DNA from: an uncultured Candidatus Saccharibacteria bacterium
Lineage (GTDB): Bacteria; Patescibacteriota; Minisyncoccia; Phycocordibacterales; DSPV01
Direction: 5' to 3'
Assembly: GCA_964617735.1 (NCBI GenBank)
Contig: CAZTXT010000002.1
Coordinates: forward strand, 12,536-76,535
Length of the DNA stretch: 64,000 nt
Positions 19,698 through 29,919 of the stretch are shown in pieces. The notes beneath the pieces are model-generated. The model saw only the letters and a list, made by a program, of their open reading frames with translations, made no database searches and was not told where the DNA came from. Positions within the stretch are counted from its first letter, which is position 1, and the number at the start of each line of letters is the position of its first letter. Both the position numbers and the translations under genes were made by a program.

Positions 19698-20494
19698 GCT
19701 TATCGCATCGAGTAGAGCGCATAAAACGTGCATGGTCCGAGCGCAAACGACAGCGGAAAGGAGAATCGCTGATAAAAAAATATGCTCGATTCCCGCGCTA
19801 CACGCCAACGACACTGCACTGGGATGGCATCGAGTTGTCGGCCCCTGACGGCATTTCAGTTGCGCATCAGATCAACGAGGTATTGATGCTGGAGAAATTA
19901 AGATTTGATACCCCATCAAATCCGATCATCTACGATTGCGGCGCGAATGTCGGTGTCGTAAGCATCTATTTTAAAAAGCTCTTTCCGCAAGCAAAGATAA
20001 TCGCGTTCGAAGCAGATACAAAAATCGCTTCATTCCTGAAAGAAAACCTCAGAAAAAACAAAGTCGAGGATATATCCGTCGTGGAAAAAGCCGTATGGGT
20101 CGATTCCAAGGGGGTTGATTTTGGCTCTGAAGGAGCCGACGCGGGCTCGATCCATCGAACGCAGGAGAAAACCAGAGTACCGTCAGTGCGACTGCGCGAT
20201 TACCTTGCCTCGGAAAAACGCATCGCGATGCTCAAGATCGACATCGAAGGGGCGGAACTCGAAGTCCTGGAAGACTGCCGGGATGCGCTCAACGGAGTCG
20301 AGAGAATCTTCGTCGAATTCCATTGCGAGAAATCAAAACCACAAAAACTCGACCGTATGTTAAGCCTGCTCTCGGAAAACGGGTTCAGATATTTCATAGA
20401 GAATACGACCGTACTAAAGCATCCATTCATCGATATCCCCAAAGGCCCTACGGATCTTCAGGTCAATATCTATGCATATCGCCGCAAGAATTAA
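19694..20494 (+). CDS. FkbM family methyltransferase
   Basis: DCGANVG, AFEAD, KIDIEGAE. Confidence 0.9.
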   Translation: MSLSHRVERIKRAWSERKRQRKGESLIKKYARFPRYTPTTLHWDGIELSAPDGISVAHQINEVLMLEKLRFDTPSNPIIYDCGANVGVVSIYFKKLFPQAKIIAFEADTKIASFLKENLRKNKVEDISVVEKAVWVDSKGVDFGSEGADAGSIHRTQEKTRVPSVRLRDYLASEKRIAMLKIDIEGAELEVLEDCRDALNGVERIFVEFHCEKSKPQKLDRMLSLLSENGFRYFIENTTVLKHPFIDIPKGPTDLQVNIYAYRRKN

Positions 20495-21476
20495 ACGAAA
20501 GATCGGAACTCTACGTGAGGCCGCGGTGGCTAAAATCGCGCTCTCCGGAGAGGGGGCGCTGGCACTTTTGTATCATCGCATCGCCACCCTTCCCTACGAC
20601 CCACAACGACTCTGCGTCTCCCCTGAGAATTTCAGGGACCAGCTTGCACACCTCAAGAGAACCTATCGCATGCTCCACCCGAAAGAATTCATCGAGATCA
20701 TTACCGCAAAGAGGGCTCTCCCCAAACGAAGCTGCATCATAACGTTCGACGACGGATATGCAGACAATGTCAAAGAGGCGCTGCCGATCCTTGAGGATGC
20801 AGGCGTCACTGCTATCTTTTTCATTGCGACCGGATATGTCGGCGGGCGGCGTGAATTCTGGTGGGATGCACTCGAACAAATCGTTTTGGGCAAAGAAGTG
20901 CTCGGGGTCCCCTTCCTCCCGCTTTCGGTTTCGTCTCCTGTCGCAGGAAAACGCATAGAGCACCGGACTATTGTTTCAGATAAAGATCGGCATTACTTCT
21001 ACCGCGATATGATTAGACTTCTCAAAACCCTTCGGCCTGATGAGCGCGATTCGATCATACGCGATGTCGCGCAAAGCTTTGGCAGAGAGCTCAAAACCAG
21101 AGAATCGCACCGACCCATGACCGAAGCGGAGTTGGTATCACTCTCCCGATCACCCTCTGCAGTCATCGGCGCCCATACCGTGCACCACGCAAGCCTCGGC
21201 GTACTCACACCGAAAGAGCAACTCGAAGAACTATCGGAGTCGAAAAATACGCTTCAGAAAATAACGGGAAAGTCCGTGGCCGCCGTGGCGTATCCCTATG
21301 GGAGCGCGCATGACTTCAATAGAGAGACGAAAATCGCATGCCGCAACGCAGGCTTCACGCTCGCGTTTTCCAACTGCCCGGGGAAGATAAAGTCGCACTC
21401 CGACCTCTTCGCGCTGCCGAGAATCATGGTTCAAAACGTCGAGGGAGCGGCTCTATCCTCTTCTCTACCCCAATAA
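20472..21476 (+). CDS. polysaccharide deacetylase (NodB/CE4)
   Basis: LYHR, TFDDGY, GAHTVHH, AYPYG. Confidence 0.9.
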   Translation: MHIAARIKRKIGTLREAAVAKIALSGEGALALLYHRIATLPYDPQRLCVSPENFRDQLAHLKRTYRMLHPKEFIEIITAKRALPKRSCIITFDDGYADNVKEALPILEDAGVTAIFFIATGYVGGRREFWWDALEQIVLGKEVLGVPFLPLSVSSPVAGKRIEHRTIVSDKDRHYFYRDMIRLLKTLRPDERDSIIRDVAQSFGRELKTRESHRPMTEAELVSLSRSPSAVIGAHTVHHASLGVLTPKEQLEELSESKNTLQKITGKSVAAVAYPYGSAHDFNRETKIACRNAGFTLAFSNCPGKIKSHSDLFALPRIMVQNVEGAALSSSLPQ

Positions 21477-21482
21477 TCTACA

Positions 21483-22742
21483 ATGCGCATTTTAGAGATC
21501 AATACTATAGATACTCGAGGAGGGGCAGCCAAAGTCGCCTGGACGCTCAAAGGAGAGTTTGAGCGAGCGGGGAACGTCGTCGACTTCTTCGTAAAGCACC
21601 GATACTCGAACGATCCGCATACCTTTGTAATGCGCTGGCCGAGCACCATGAGCCGATCACTGCAGAGAATCCTCAGAAAAGATGTGGGGAGTTTCCTCGA
21701 GAATAAATTGCGCCCGTATCTGGCCAACGATTTAGAGTGGTTCGGCACCGAGAAATTGCTCGAGACCGAAGCTTTTCAAAAAGCGGATATCATCCACTGC
21801 CACAATCTCCATGGAAATTATTTCAGCCTCAAAACCCTAGAGCAGATGTCGGCCCAAAAACCCGTAATCTGGACACTCCACGATATGTGGGCGCTGACGG
21901 CGCATTGCGCGCACACCAAACTTGCGATAGGAAACGATGGATTTTTCCCGTGCGAAAGCCGCAACGCCTATCAATCGCTCTGCTGGCCCAACGAAGCGCA
22001 CCTCACCTCGGTCAAGAAAGAAACCTACGCGCGCTCCACGCTCCATATCGTAGCACCGTGCCACTGGCTGGATCGAAAAGTCTCGGAGAGCATTCTTCAG
22101 CATATGCCTCGCAGTGTGATACCCAATGGTATAGATGTCTCGCTATTCTCGCCAAAAGATAAGAAGGCCCTGCGAGAACGCCTGAATATACCACCTGAAA
22201 GCTGCGTAATACTATTCTCAAGCGCAAGCGGCGCGAGCAGAGAAAAAGGAGGAGACGAGCTGCGCACGATCACACAACATTTTTCAAAGAGAACAGATGT
22301 GCTATTTCTCCTGATCGGAGACACTAAAGAAGTCATGGGCGAGCAGGTACGGTCAATACCGTTTATGGAAAAGCAAAGCGATCTCGCTGATCTCTATGCA
22401 GCCGCAGATATATTTCTTTTCCCTTCTCATGCGGAAACATTCCCTCTTTCAGTACTTGAAGCGATGAGTTCAGGACTTCCTGTCGTTGCGTTCAATGTAG
22501 GAGGAATCAAAGAGGCCGTCACTGATGGCGAGACAGGGTTCCTTTCTGACCCCCTCGATACTGATTCACTGATCAACGCAATCGAAAGACTCATCGGGAT
22601 GGGAGCGAGCGGCCGCAAGAAAATGGGCGAAACTGCTCGGGCCCGCGCGGTCAAAGATTTCAGTCAAACGCGCATGGCCGAGAGCTACAAAGCGCTCTAC
22701 CAACAGGTGCTCACCGAAAGAGCATCGACAAAACATTCATGA
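21483..22742 (+). CDS. GT4 glycosyltransferase (WcaC-like)
   Basis: WTLHDMW, IPNGID, ETFPLSVLEAMS. Confidence 0.9.
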   Translation: MRILEINTIDTRGGAAKVAWTLKGEFERAGNVVDFFVKHRYSNDPHTFVMRWPSTMSRSLQRILRKDVGSFLENKLRPYLANDLEWFGTEKLLETEAFQKADIIHCHNLHGNYFSLKTLEQMSAQKPVIWTLHDMWALTAHCAHTKLAIGNDGFFPCESRNAYQSLCWPNEAHLTSVKKETYARSTLHIVAPCHWLDRKVSESILQHMPRSVIPNGIDVSLFSPKDKKALRERLNIPPESCVILFSSASGASREKGGDELRTITQHFSKRTDVLFLLIGDTKEVMGEQVRSIPFMEKQSDLADLYAAADIFLFPSHAETFPLSVLEAMSSGLPVVAFNVGGIKEAVTDGETGFLSDPLDTDSLINAIERLIGMGASGRKKMGETARARAVKDFSQTRMAESYKALYQQVLTERASTKHS

Positions 22743-23548
22743 TCGTCGTCACCCTACAAGGAGGTCTCGGTAATCAACTGTTCCAATATGCCGCGGGACG
22801 CGCTTTTGCCGCGAAACTCAAAACAAAGGTTTCTTTCGACCCCGCATGGTTCGCCGCAAGTAAACAGCGAACGCTTAAACTCGATCAGTTCAAACTCTCG
22901 CCTGATACGCAAATAGAAATAGGTGTCGGCAAACGCCTTCGGACACCCAAGCACGTGCATGAACGTCTTCCCGGCTTCGATCCTATCCTCACACTTACCG
23001 ATAATTGCATCTACGACGGGTATTGGCAGAGTAGCAAGTACTTCGAGGATATTGGGCAAGAGATCCGCACGGAATTGGAGCTTAAGAATCCGCCAAGCAA
23101 AAGAATGCAGGAGTGGGCAGATGTGATAGCAAGTTCCGCGGGCAGTGTTTCCCTGCATATCCGGCGCGGCGATTACCTCTGGGAAAAACATCAATCGGTA
23201 CTCGGCGTCCTGCCAATCGCCTATTATAAGGAAGCGATCAAAATGCTTGCCGAACGAATAGGCACTCTAACCCTCTTCGTTTTCTCCGACGATATCCCGT
23301 GGGCAAAAAAGAATCTTGACTCCCCTTTTAAGACCTACTTCGTCTCCGACCCCACACTGATCGACACCGAAGAACTGTTCCTGATGAGCCACTGCAGACA
23401 CCATATCATTGCGAACTCCTCCTTCAGTTGGTGGGCGGCGTGGATTAATCAAAAACCAGAGAAGCTAGTGCTTGCGCCCAAAAATTGGTTCAAAGACAAA
23501 GAGCGAGAGCCTCGAGATCTAATTCCGGATACATGGATAACACTCTAG
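22739..23548 (+). CDS. GT11 alpha-1,2-fucosyltransferase
   Basis: GGLGNQLFQYA, GYWQ, HIRRGDY, FSDD, NSSFSWW. Confidence 0.93.
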   Translation: MIVVTLQGGLGNQLFQYAAGRAFAAKLKTKVSFDPAWFAASKQRTLKLDQFKLSPDTQIEIGVGKRLRTPKHVHERLPGFDPILTLTDNCIYDGYWQSSKYFEDIGQEIRTELELKNPPSKRMQEWADVIASSAGSVSLHIRRGDYLWEKHQSVLGVLPIAYYKEAIKMLAERIGTLTLFVFSDDIPWAKKNLDSPFKTYFVSDPTLIDTEELFLMSHCRHHIIANSSFSWWAAWINQKPEKLVLAPKNWFKDKEREPRDLIPDTWITL

Positions 23549-24573
23549 CAAAACCGAAAATAAGCGTGCTCATGCCGGTTTATAATGGCGAACGTTTCAT
23601 CGCCGAGTCCATCCACAGCGTGTTCAACCAGACGTTCACCGATTTTGAACTGTTAGTGATAGACGATGGATCGACCGATCAAAGCGCAGCGATCGTCAGC
23701 TCATTTAAGGACAAACGCATCAGACTCGTGCGCAATGAGAAAAACCGGGGACTTGTCGCGGTCCGCAATCAAGCAATCGAACTCTCCCGAGGCGAGTACC
23801 TCGCATGGCTCGATGCCGATGACATCGCACTGCCTGATCGGCTCAAGCAGGAGAGCTCGTTTCTCGACGCACACCATGAGGTAGGGCTTATCGGATGCGC
23901 CGCCGCCATCATCGACGAGGAGGGCAAACGAACGGGTATCGTCTGGAAGAATGCCACCCCACCCGAGAAGATGTCGGTGATGCTCCTCTTCCACAATTGC
24001 TTCACCCAATCGTCGGTAATGCTCCGCCGACCCGCTCTGCTGAATGAGAAGTATCGCGAAGGCTTCGCGCCGGCAGAAGATTACGAACTCTGGACCCGGA
24101 TTGCTGCCACAAAGAAATGCATGAATCTCCCTAAGGTCCTCACTCTCTACCGCAAACATAGAAGCGTCTCTGGATCGAATACTGAAAAAGGGCGGGTTGC
24201 GATCGAGAGAATTACCCGAAGCGAGTTGCAGAAACTGGGGATCAACCCAACAGGAGAGGAATACCGTCTGCACCGAACCAACTATGGATATGACGGGAAC
24301 GACCTGTATAAATTCCTGGATGCTCGGGAATCCTGGCTCATGCGCCTAAAGGAAGCGAATACATCTGCACAGCGCTTCGATACGAAAATATTCGACGAAG
24401 TCCTTGCCGAGCGCTGGCTTGCATCCTGCAGTGCTAATGCAAGCGGTGGCCTGCGCGTCTGGAGACGATTCTGGGATTCTGAACTCCTTAGAGGAGTCAA
24501 AATCGGGCAGCAGCTGATGAGTATCCTGAAATTCGCAATCAAGTGCAGCGTGCGTGTACGCCGGCGTCAATAA
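23533..24573 (+). CDS. GT2 glycosyltransferase
   Basis: MPVYN, DDGSTD, DADD, EDY. Confidence 0.9.
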   Translation: MDNTLAKPKISVLMPVYNGERFIAESIHSVFNQTFTDFELLVIDDGSTDQSAAIVSSFKDKRIRLVRNEKNRGLVAVRNQAIELSRGEYLAWLDADDIALPDRLKQESSFLDAHHEVGLIGCAAAIIDEEGKRTGIVWKNATPPEKMSVMLLFHNCFTQSSVMLRRPALLNEKYREGFAPAEDYELWTRIAATKKCMNLPKVLTLYRKHRSVSGSNTEKGRVAIERITRSELQKLGINPTGEEYRLHRTNYGYDGNDLYKFLDARESWLMRLKEANTSAQRFDTKIFDEVLAERWLASCSANASGGLRVWRRFWDSELLRGVKIGQQLMSILKFAIKCSVRVRRRQ

Positions 24574-24584
24574 ATCCCATCGAA

Positions 24585-25508
24585 ATGCTCATTACCGCAC
24601 TAAGACGAGTAAAGAGAATGGTCCGGGAAACTCGAAAAGCCCTCGCAACACGCTGGCTTTACTTTAGAGCGAACCACCGCAAGAGAGAACACCTCGTCAT
24701 CACTGATTCCGGCCAAAAGGGCGACGATATCTATCCGATGTCGTGTAAAGCCCGCGGATTCTTCTCCTTATTCAACGAGATACTCGATACGATAGCTCTG
24801 TATGGAACAAGCGATATCAGCGTGGTACTCAATCATACGCATTACAACGAACGAGAGACAGACAACATGTGGGATTATTATTTCGAGCCAGTCCAGAATG
24901 TGTCTAAACGCAATTACAAGGCATCGTTCAATATTCGGCCGTTCCGGGACCATCGGATCATGGAGAGTCCAAAGAAGATTGCGCTCTTGCATGAGGTACT
25001 GCAAAAAAGAGTCGTGGTGAAAAAAGAGATACAGCAGGACGCAGATGCTTTTTATGCACAGCACCTTTCAGGACATACCGTCATCGGCGTCCACTTCCGC
25101 GGATACGACGTCGCGGATAATTTTGCTATCGTCTCTCACCTTCTGCGCAAAGCTCCACCCGAGGATTATTGCTCCGTGCTCGATTCAACCCCTTTTGACT
25201 ATGTCTTTCTCGCCACCGATGATATGCCAGCGTACGAATTCTTCCAAAAACGCTATCCGGGTAAAGTCATCTCCTTTTCCCGCCTGAGAGATGACACGAA
25301 GAAAGTCGTTCTCGCGCATAGCGACAAATTCTCCAAAAAAGAATTAGGGAGAGAAGTGCTCATCGACTGCCTGTTGCTCTCTCGCTGTAATATACTGCTC
25401 CACGGCAGCTCAAACATTCCCGCAGCCGCCAAATTCCTCAACCCTGCATTGAAAACCGTGAACCTCGATGTTCTGGCGCTAGAAAAAGAAAAACGGGCCG
25501 GCCGCTGA
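24585..25508 (+). CDS. NodZ/GT23-like fucosyltransferase-family protein
   Basis: GVHFRG.D, FLATDD, LIDCLLLSRC...SSN motifs. Confidence 0.7.
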   Translation: MLITALRRVKRMVRETRKALATRWLYFRANHRKREHLVITDSGQKGDDIYPMSCKARGFFSLFNEILDTIALYGTSDISVVLNHTHYNERETDNMWDYYFEPVQNVSKRNYKASFNIRPFRDHRIMESPKKIALLHEVLQKRVVVKKEIQQDADAFYAQHLSGHTVIGVHFRGYDVADNFAIVSHLLRKAPPEDYCSVLDSTPFDYVFLATDDMPAYEFFQKRYPGKVISFSRLRDDTKKVVLAHSDKFSKKELGREVLIDCLLLSRCNILLHGSSNIPAAAKFLNPALKTVNLDVLALEKEKRAGR

Positions 25509-25523
25509 AACGCGGCCGGCTTT
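25497..25523. terminator. terminator between convergent glycan operons
   Basis: GCCGGCCGC/GCGGCCGGC stem. Confidence 0.6.
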
Positions 25524-25540
25524 ATACTAAACGCCGATGT

Positions 25541-26701
25541 TCACTGTTTCCCGTTTATAAATCCGAGTATGCGATCGGCACGCTTTTGCCAGGTATGCTC
25601 CTGTACCTTAAGACGCGCAGTTTCAATTCTCTCCTTCGCGGCTGGGTCGGTAGCGGCTGCGTTTATTCCTTCGGAGAGAGCTTTGGGGTCGCTGGGAGCG
25701 ACGAGATAGGCTGACGTGTCATCCACGATCTCTTCTATCGATTGGAGACGCGTGGCCACTATCGGTTTCCCGGCTGCCATATATTCAAAAACCTTCATCG
25801 GCGACATGTAGTGATTGTAATGCTCGGTCTTCGGAAACGGCGCAACCAAGACATCACAAACCGCGAGACATTCGGGGATCTGCCCGTGCGGTATCCAGCC
25901 GGCAAATTGGACGCGTCCAGAGATGTGGAGATCTCTGCAGGTATCGCGGTATGCTTTGATCTCATCGGTCGATCCCCCAACAATGAGCAAATGAAAACGA
26001 GGGGGCAACAGAGAAAGCGCGTGGAGTAAGGTGGTAATCCCCTTTTCCATACCCATCGTTGAGAGCGCGCCAACATATCCGACGAGAATACTTCCGGTCG
26101 AGACTGCGAACTTCTCCCGCAAAGAGCCGGTGGTCTTCGAAAATGCTTCGACATCCACCGCATTAGGTTCAGAGAAAAGCTTTAAGCTGGAAAGTCCGAA
26201 CCGTTCGATGAGCTCATTGCGCTTCCATCGATTCGTAGCAATAACAGCGCACACGCGCGAAAACAGCGTTCGGTTCATAAATGAACGCTTCGGGAGATCA
26301 TGCACTTCGTAGACAGTCTTAGAGAAAAAGAACGACGCGAGGAGAAGCGGCAAAGCCTCGTTGGAATAGATGATATCGTTTCGTTGAGCGCTCAAGAGCA
26401 GAACACCCAGCGAAAATGCCGAAAAGAACCCGTAGCTCACCGAGAACGCGACTCGTTTGAAAACCGGAACGGAAAAAAGATCGAGTGTGGGAACATAGAC
26501 CGTCTTGAAATCGACGGACAGATCATAATAGTTTTTCGGCGATTCCTTCGCCCGCGCGAGCCGCCGCGGCACAAGCACCGCGGTTTCTACACCCTCCGCT
26601 GCAAAAGCTTCCGCGCTTTTCGCGGCAAAGATCGCTGCCGCTTTTTCTCCCGGGAATCTTCCGTGGAAAAGCAAAAAAAACCTTTGTTTTCGGGCAGACA
26701 T
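25541..26701 (-). CDS. GT4 glycosyltransferase
   Basis: EPNAVD, SPMKVFEYMAAGKPIV. Confidence 0.88.
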   Translation of the reverse strand: MSARKQRFFLLFHGRFPGEKAAAIFAAKSAEAFAAEGVETAVLVPRRLARAKESPKNYYDLSVDFKTVYVPTLDLFSVPVFKRVAFSVSYGFFSAFSLGVLLLSAQRNDIIYSNEALPLLLASFFFSKTVYEVHDLPKRSFMNRTLFSRVCAVIATNRWKRNELIERFGLSSLKLFSEPNAVDVEAFSKTTGSLREKFAVSTGSILVGYVGALSTMGMEKGITTLLHALSLLPPRFHLLIVGGSTDEIKAYRDTCRDLHISGRVQFAGWIPHGQIPECLAVCDVLVAPFPKTEHYNHYMSPMKVFEYMAAGKPIVATRLQSIEEIVDDTSAYLVAPSDPKALSEGINAAATDPAAKERIETARLKVQEHTWQKRADRILGFINGKQ

Positions 26702-26765
26702 TGCAGTAAAGAAATGTTAGCAAAAAAGAAGCGAGTATGCTATTTTAAAGCGACTTTGGAGCTAT

Positions 26766-27935
26766 ATGCAAAAGAAGATACCTCCACGGACACATAAAAA
26801 AGCAAGCCGGAGCGATCCGGCGCTTAAACGTCTGATCCCGGTTTCGGAACCGAACATCGGAGAAAAAGAAAAACGCTACCTAATCGATGCTATCGAGAGC
26901 GGTTGGGTATCATCCAACGGCCCTTACTTGGCTCGATTCGAAAGAAATTTTGCCGCTTATTGTGGACGGGCATACGGACAAGTCGTATCGAATGGGACCG
27001 TCGCACTACACCTGGCGCTTCTTGCACTGGAGATAGGCCCAGGCGATGAAGTCATTGTTCCGAATCTAAGCTTCGTGGCCTCCGCGAATGCCGTCGTGCA
27101 TGCGGGAGCGACTCCTATCTTCGTTGACATAGAACCTGATACGCTCAACATCGATGCGGCGAAAATAAAAGCGAAGATCTCACCCCGCACGAAAGCCATT
27201 ATGGTCGTGCACCTTTTGGGCCACCCAAGCGATATGGACGCGATCGAGAGTATCGCCCGGGAACACCAATTGCGTATCATAGAAGATGCCGCCGAAGCTC
27301 ACGGAGCAACCTATAAAGGCAGAATGTGCGGCTCATTCGGAGATGTCAGTTGTTTCAGCTTCTACGGAAATAAAACTATCACGATGGGCGAAGGAGGAAT
27401 CTGTCTCACCGATGATGCGGAGCTTTATAGAAAAATCAACATCCTTCGCGGTCAGGGAATGACACCGAATAAACGCTACTGGCATGAGATCGTTGGCTAC
27501 AATTATCGCCTGACCAACATTCAAGCGGCACTCGGCTCTGCCCAGCTCGAGCGGATAGGTGAGCTTTTGAAAATAAAACGAGCGAATGCCAAGCTCTATC
27601 AAAAGCTTCTTTCTGGAATAGCGGGTGTTTCCTTTCCCGTTGAAAAGCCCTACGCAAAGAGCAGCTATTGGATGGTAACGATCATGGTTAATACGAAGAA
27701 AGCTGGTATGTCGAGAGATGCGCTGGGAGAGGAGCTGGGCAAAAGAGGTATAGAAACAAGAATACTTTTCTATCCAATTTCTCATTTGCCCCCGTATAAG
27801 ATGAACGGAAAAGGACTGGACGTATCGGAGAGTATCGCGTATGAAGGACTCATGCTGCCGTCATCAACAAAGCTTTCATCAAAAGATATCGCCTATATTT
27901 GCGACCAGATCAAGGATATCCTCGCAAGAAAATGA
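26766..27935 (+). CDS. DegT/DnrJ sugar aminotransferase (perosamine synthase-like)
   Basis: NGTVALHLA, EDAAEAHG, SFYGNK, GEGG, GYNYR. Confidence 0.9.
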   Translation: MQKKIPPRTHKKASRSDPALKRLIPVSEPNIGEKEKRYLIDAIESGWVSSNGPYLARFERNFAAYCGRAYGQVVSNGTVALHLALLALEIGPGDEVIVPNLSFVASANAVVHAGATPIFVDIEPDTLNIDAAKIKAKISPRTKAIMVVHLLGHPSDMDAIESIAREHQLRIIEDAAEAHGATYKGRMCGSFGDVSCFSFYGNKTITMGEGGICLTDDAELYRKINILRGQGMTPNKRYWHEIVGYNYRLTNIQAALGSAQLERIGELLKIKRANAKLYQKLLSGIAGVSFPVEKPYAKSSYWMVTIMVNTKKAGMSRDALGEELGKRGIETRILFYPISHLPPYKMNGKGLDVSESIAYEGLMLPSSTKLSSKDIAYICDQIKDILARK

Positions 27936-29209
27936 CCATCGGTTTTTATTTCGAGTGTCAGAAAAGATCAGGTGGGGTTTATCAATATGCCCTCAACATC
28001 CTGGCTTCGCTGCGCGAGATGCGCGAGCATCGATTCATCGTATTCAACATCTCACCCGACTTCCCTTTTGATGAGTTTCGTCTATCCAACTGGAGCATCA
28101 TCAATCTGATACCGATCGCCCAAAAGAGCGCTCCGTCCGCAAAAACCGAGACACCTCAACAAAAAGAAGTGCGCTACTATGCCTTCAAAAGGCGCCTATC
28201 GCTTCTTATTATCTCTTTTCTGCGCGTACTACATCTTTATTCTCTTGAAGCATTTTTTGCTCAGCAGAAATCAAAGATGCGCGCGCGCGCGTTTGACGGT
28301 AAAGGGATCGATCTCATGCTTTTCCACGGACCTTCTGAACTCTCGTTTCTCACCAAAATTCCTTCTATCGTCCCAGTCCATGACATCCATCACAAACTAC
28401 ATCCCGAGTCTCCGGAGCTTTCAGACATCGGACAATTTAAAAAACGTGAACTCCAAATCGAACAGATTAAAAAACATGCCTATAAAATAATCACGAACTC
28501 GCCTGTAGTTCGAAAGGACTTGATCCGTCTCTATGGGATTCCAGCAGAGCGCGTGGAATCGGTACCCTGTCCACCCCCTCTGTATATGCACGCAAAAATA
28601 GAACCCGATGCTCGCATACGGGTTCAACAGAAATATCACATCCCGGATAAATTCCTTTTTTATCCAGCGCAATTCTGGCCGCATAAAAACCACCGCGGTC
28701 TCATTGAAGCGATGAAAATACTTAAAGACGCAGGTCTTACCCCCAACCTCGTCCTTGTCGGTAGCAATCAGCCGCTGTGGGGAGAATATGAGCGAGTTCA
28801 GAAACTTTCCAGTCAGTATGGGCTTGAGGGCCAGATCCACATTCTCGGTTATGTTGAAAACGAAGAAATGCCCGTGCTCTACAGCATGGCAGAGGCTATG
28901 GTGATGCCGACCCTCTTCGGGTTTACCTATCCGGTATTCGAGGCTTGGCTTGCAGGCTGTCCGGTAATCTACTCCAACGACCGGACCTCGCGGGAGCAAG
29001 CAGGCGATGCGGCGCTTCTCGTTGATCCACACAACCCAGCGGATATCGCCGATAAGATAAAAAGAATTCTTGAGGACAAGGCACTCAGAAAAGACCTTAT
29101 TCAAAAAGGGCTCGCGAATGCCGCACGCAATTCGTCCGAGAAACTAACTGCTAAAATAAGAGAACTATTCACTACGTTTGAAAAAGAGAGGCGCGCCCGA
29201 ACACGTTAA
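27932..29209 (+). CDS. GT4 glycosyltransferase
   Basis: YPAQFWPHKN, EA...GCPV. Confidence 0.85.
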   Translation: MTIGFYFECQKRSGGVYQYALNILASLREMREHRFIVFNISPDFPFDEFRLSNWSIINLIPIAQKSAPSAKTETPQQKEVRYYAFKRRLSLLIISFLRVLHLYSLEAFFAQQKSKMRARAFDGKGIDLMLFHGPSELSFLTKIPSIVPVHDIHHKLHPESPELSDIGQFKKRELQIEQIKKHAYKIITNSPVVRKDLIRLYGIPAERVESVPCPPPLYMHAKIEPDARIRVQQKYHIPDKFLFYPAQFWPHKNHRGLIEAMKILKDAGLTPNLVLVGSNQPLWGEYERVQKLSSQYGLEGQIHILGYVENEEMPVLYSMAEAMVMPTLFGFTYPVFEAWLAGCPVIYSNDRTSREQAGDAALLVDPHNPADIADKIKRILEDKALRKDLIQKGLANAARNSSEKLTAKIRELFTTFEKERRARTR

Positions 29210-29820
29210 TCGGAGATATCTTTTATTTCCGGATTGAGCCTGTCTAGGTATCTCACCTTGTCGGGAATATCCTTAATGACGGTCGCTCCCATGCCGATTA
29301 CAACATAATCACCGACCGTAATGTGGTCGCGGATCAAGGTACCCATTCCAACAAACGTACTCTCTCCGATGACCACCCCTCCGCCGGTCGCAACGTTAGG
29401 ATTTAAGTCTGAATGATCCCCGACCACGTTGTCATGATCCACATTGACATGGTTATTGATGAGCACGTTACTGCCGATCTTAGAATTGACGTTGATGTGA
29501 CTGAACGCCCCCACCATGACGTTTTGACCCAGCGAGACGCTATCCTCCACAAATGCTTCTGGGTGAATCGCGTTTACAAATTTCGCGCCCGATCTCTTCA
29601 GAAGCTCATAGGCCTCCCGTCGAAATTGTATGTTGCCGATAGCCACAAAAAAATGATGATCTGGTACGAACTTCTTGAACTCTTCCGTCTTACCCAGCAC
29701 GTGCGGACCCTCGATCTGCTCATCTAAAAAGCCCACGACCCGATTCTTAGGATCATGCTCTAAAATGTTCTTGATGACGAAACCGTTTTGCCCCCCACCA
29801 ACAATAATTATTTTTTTCAT
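29206..29820 (-). CDS. NeuD/PglB-type hexapeptide-repeat sugar O/N-acetyltransferase
   Basis: IIVGGG, AIG, IHP.A, left-handed beta-helix hexapeptide repeats. Confidence 0.88.
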   Translation of the reverse strand: MKKIIIVGGGQNGFVIKNILEHDPKNRVVGFLDEQIEGPHVLGKTEEFKKFVPDHHFFVAIGNIQFRREAYELLKRSGAKFVNAIHPEAFVEDSVSLGQNVMVGAFSHINVNSKIGSNVLINNHVNVDHDNVVGDHSDLNPNVATGGGVVIGESTFVGMGTLIRDHITVGDYVVIGMGATVIKDIPDKVRYLDRLNPEIKDISD

Positions 29821-29919
29821 ATCAAGGCCAGATGAGCCTACGTTACCGATGAACGGCTCATAAATCAAGTCTCTAGTTCCATTTTACACTCCCAATTATA
29901 GCATGCTATGATGACCGCT

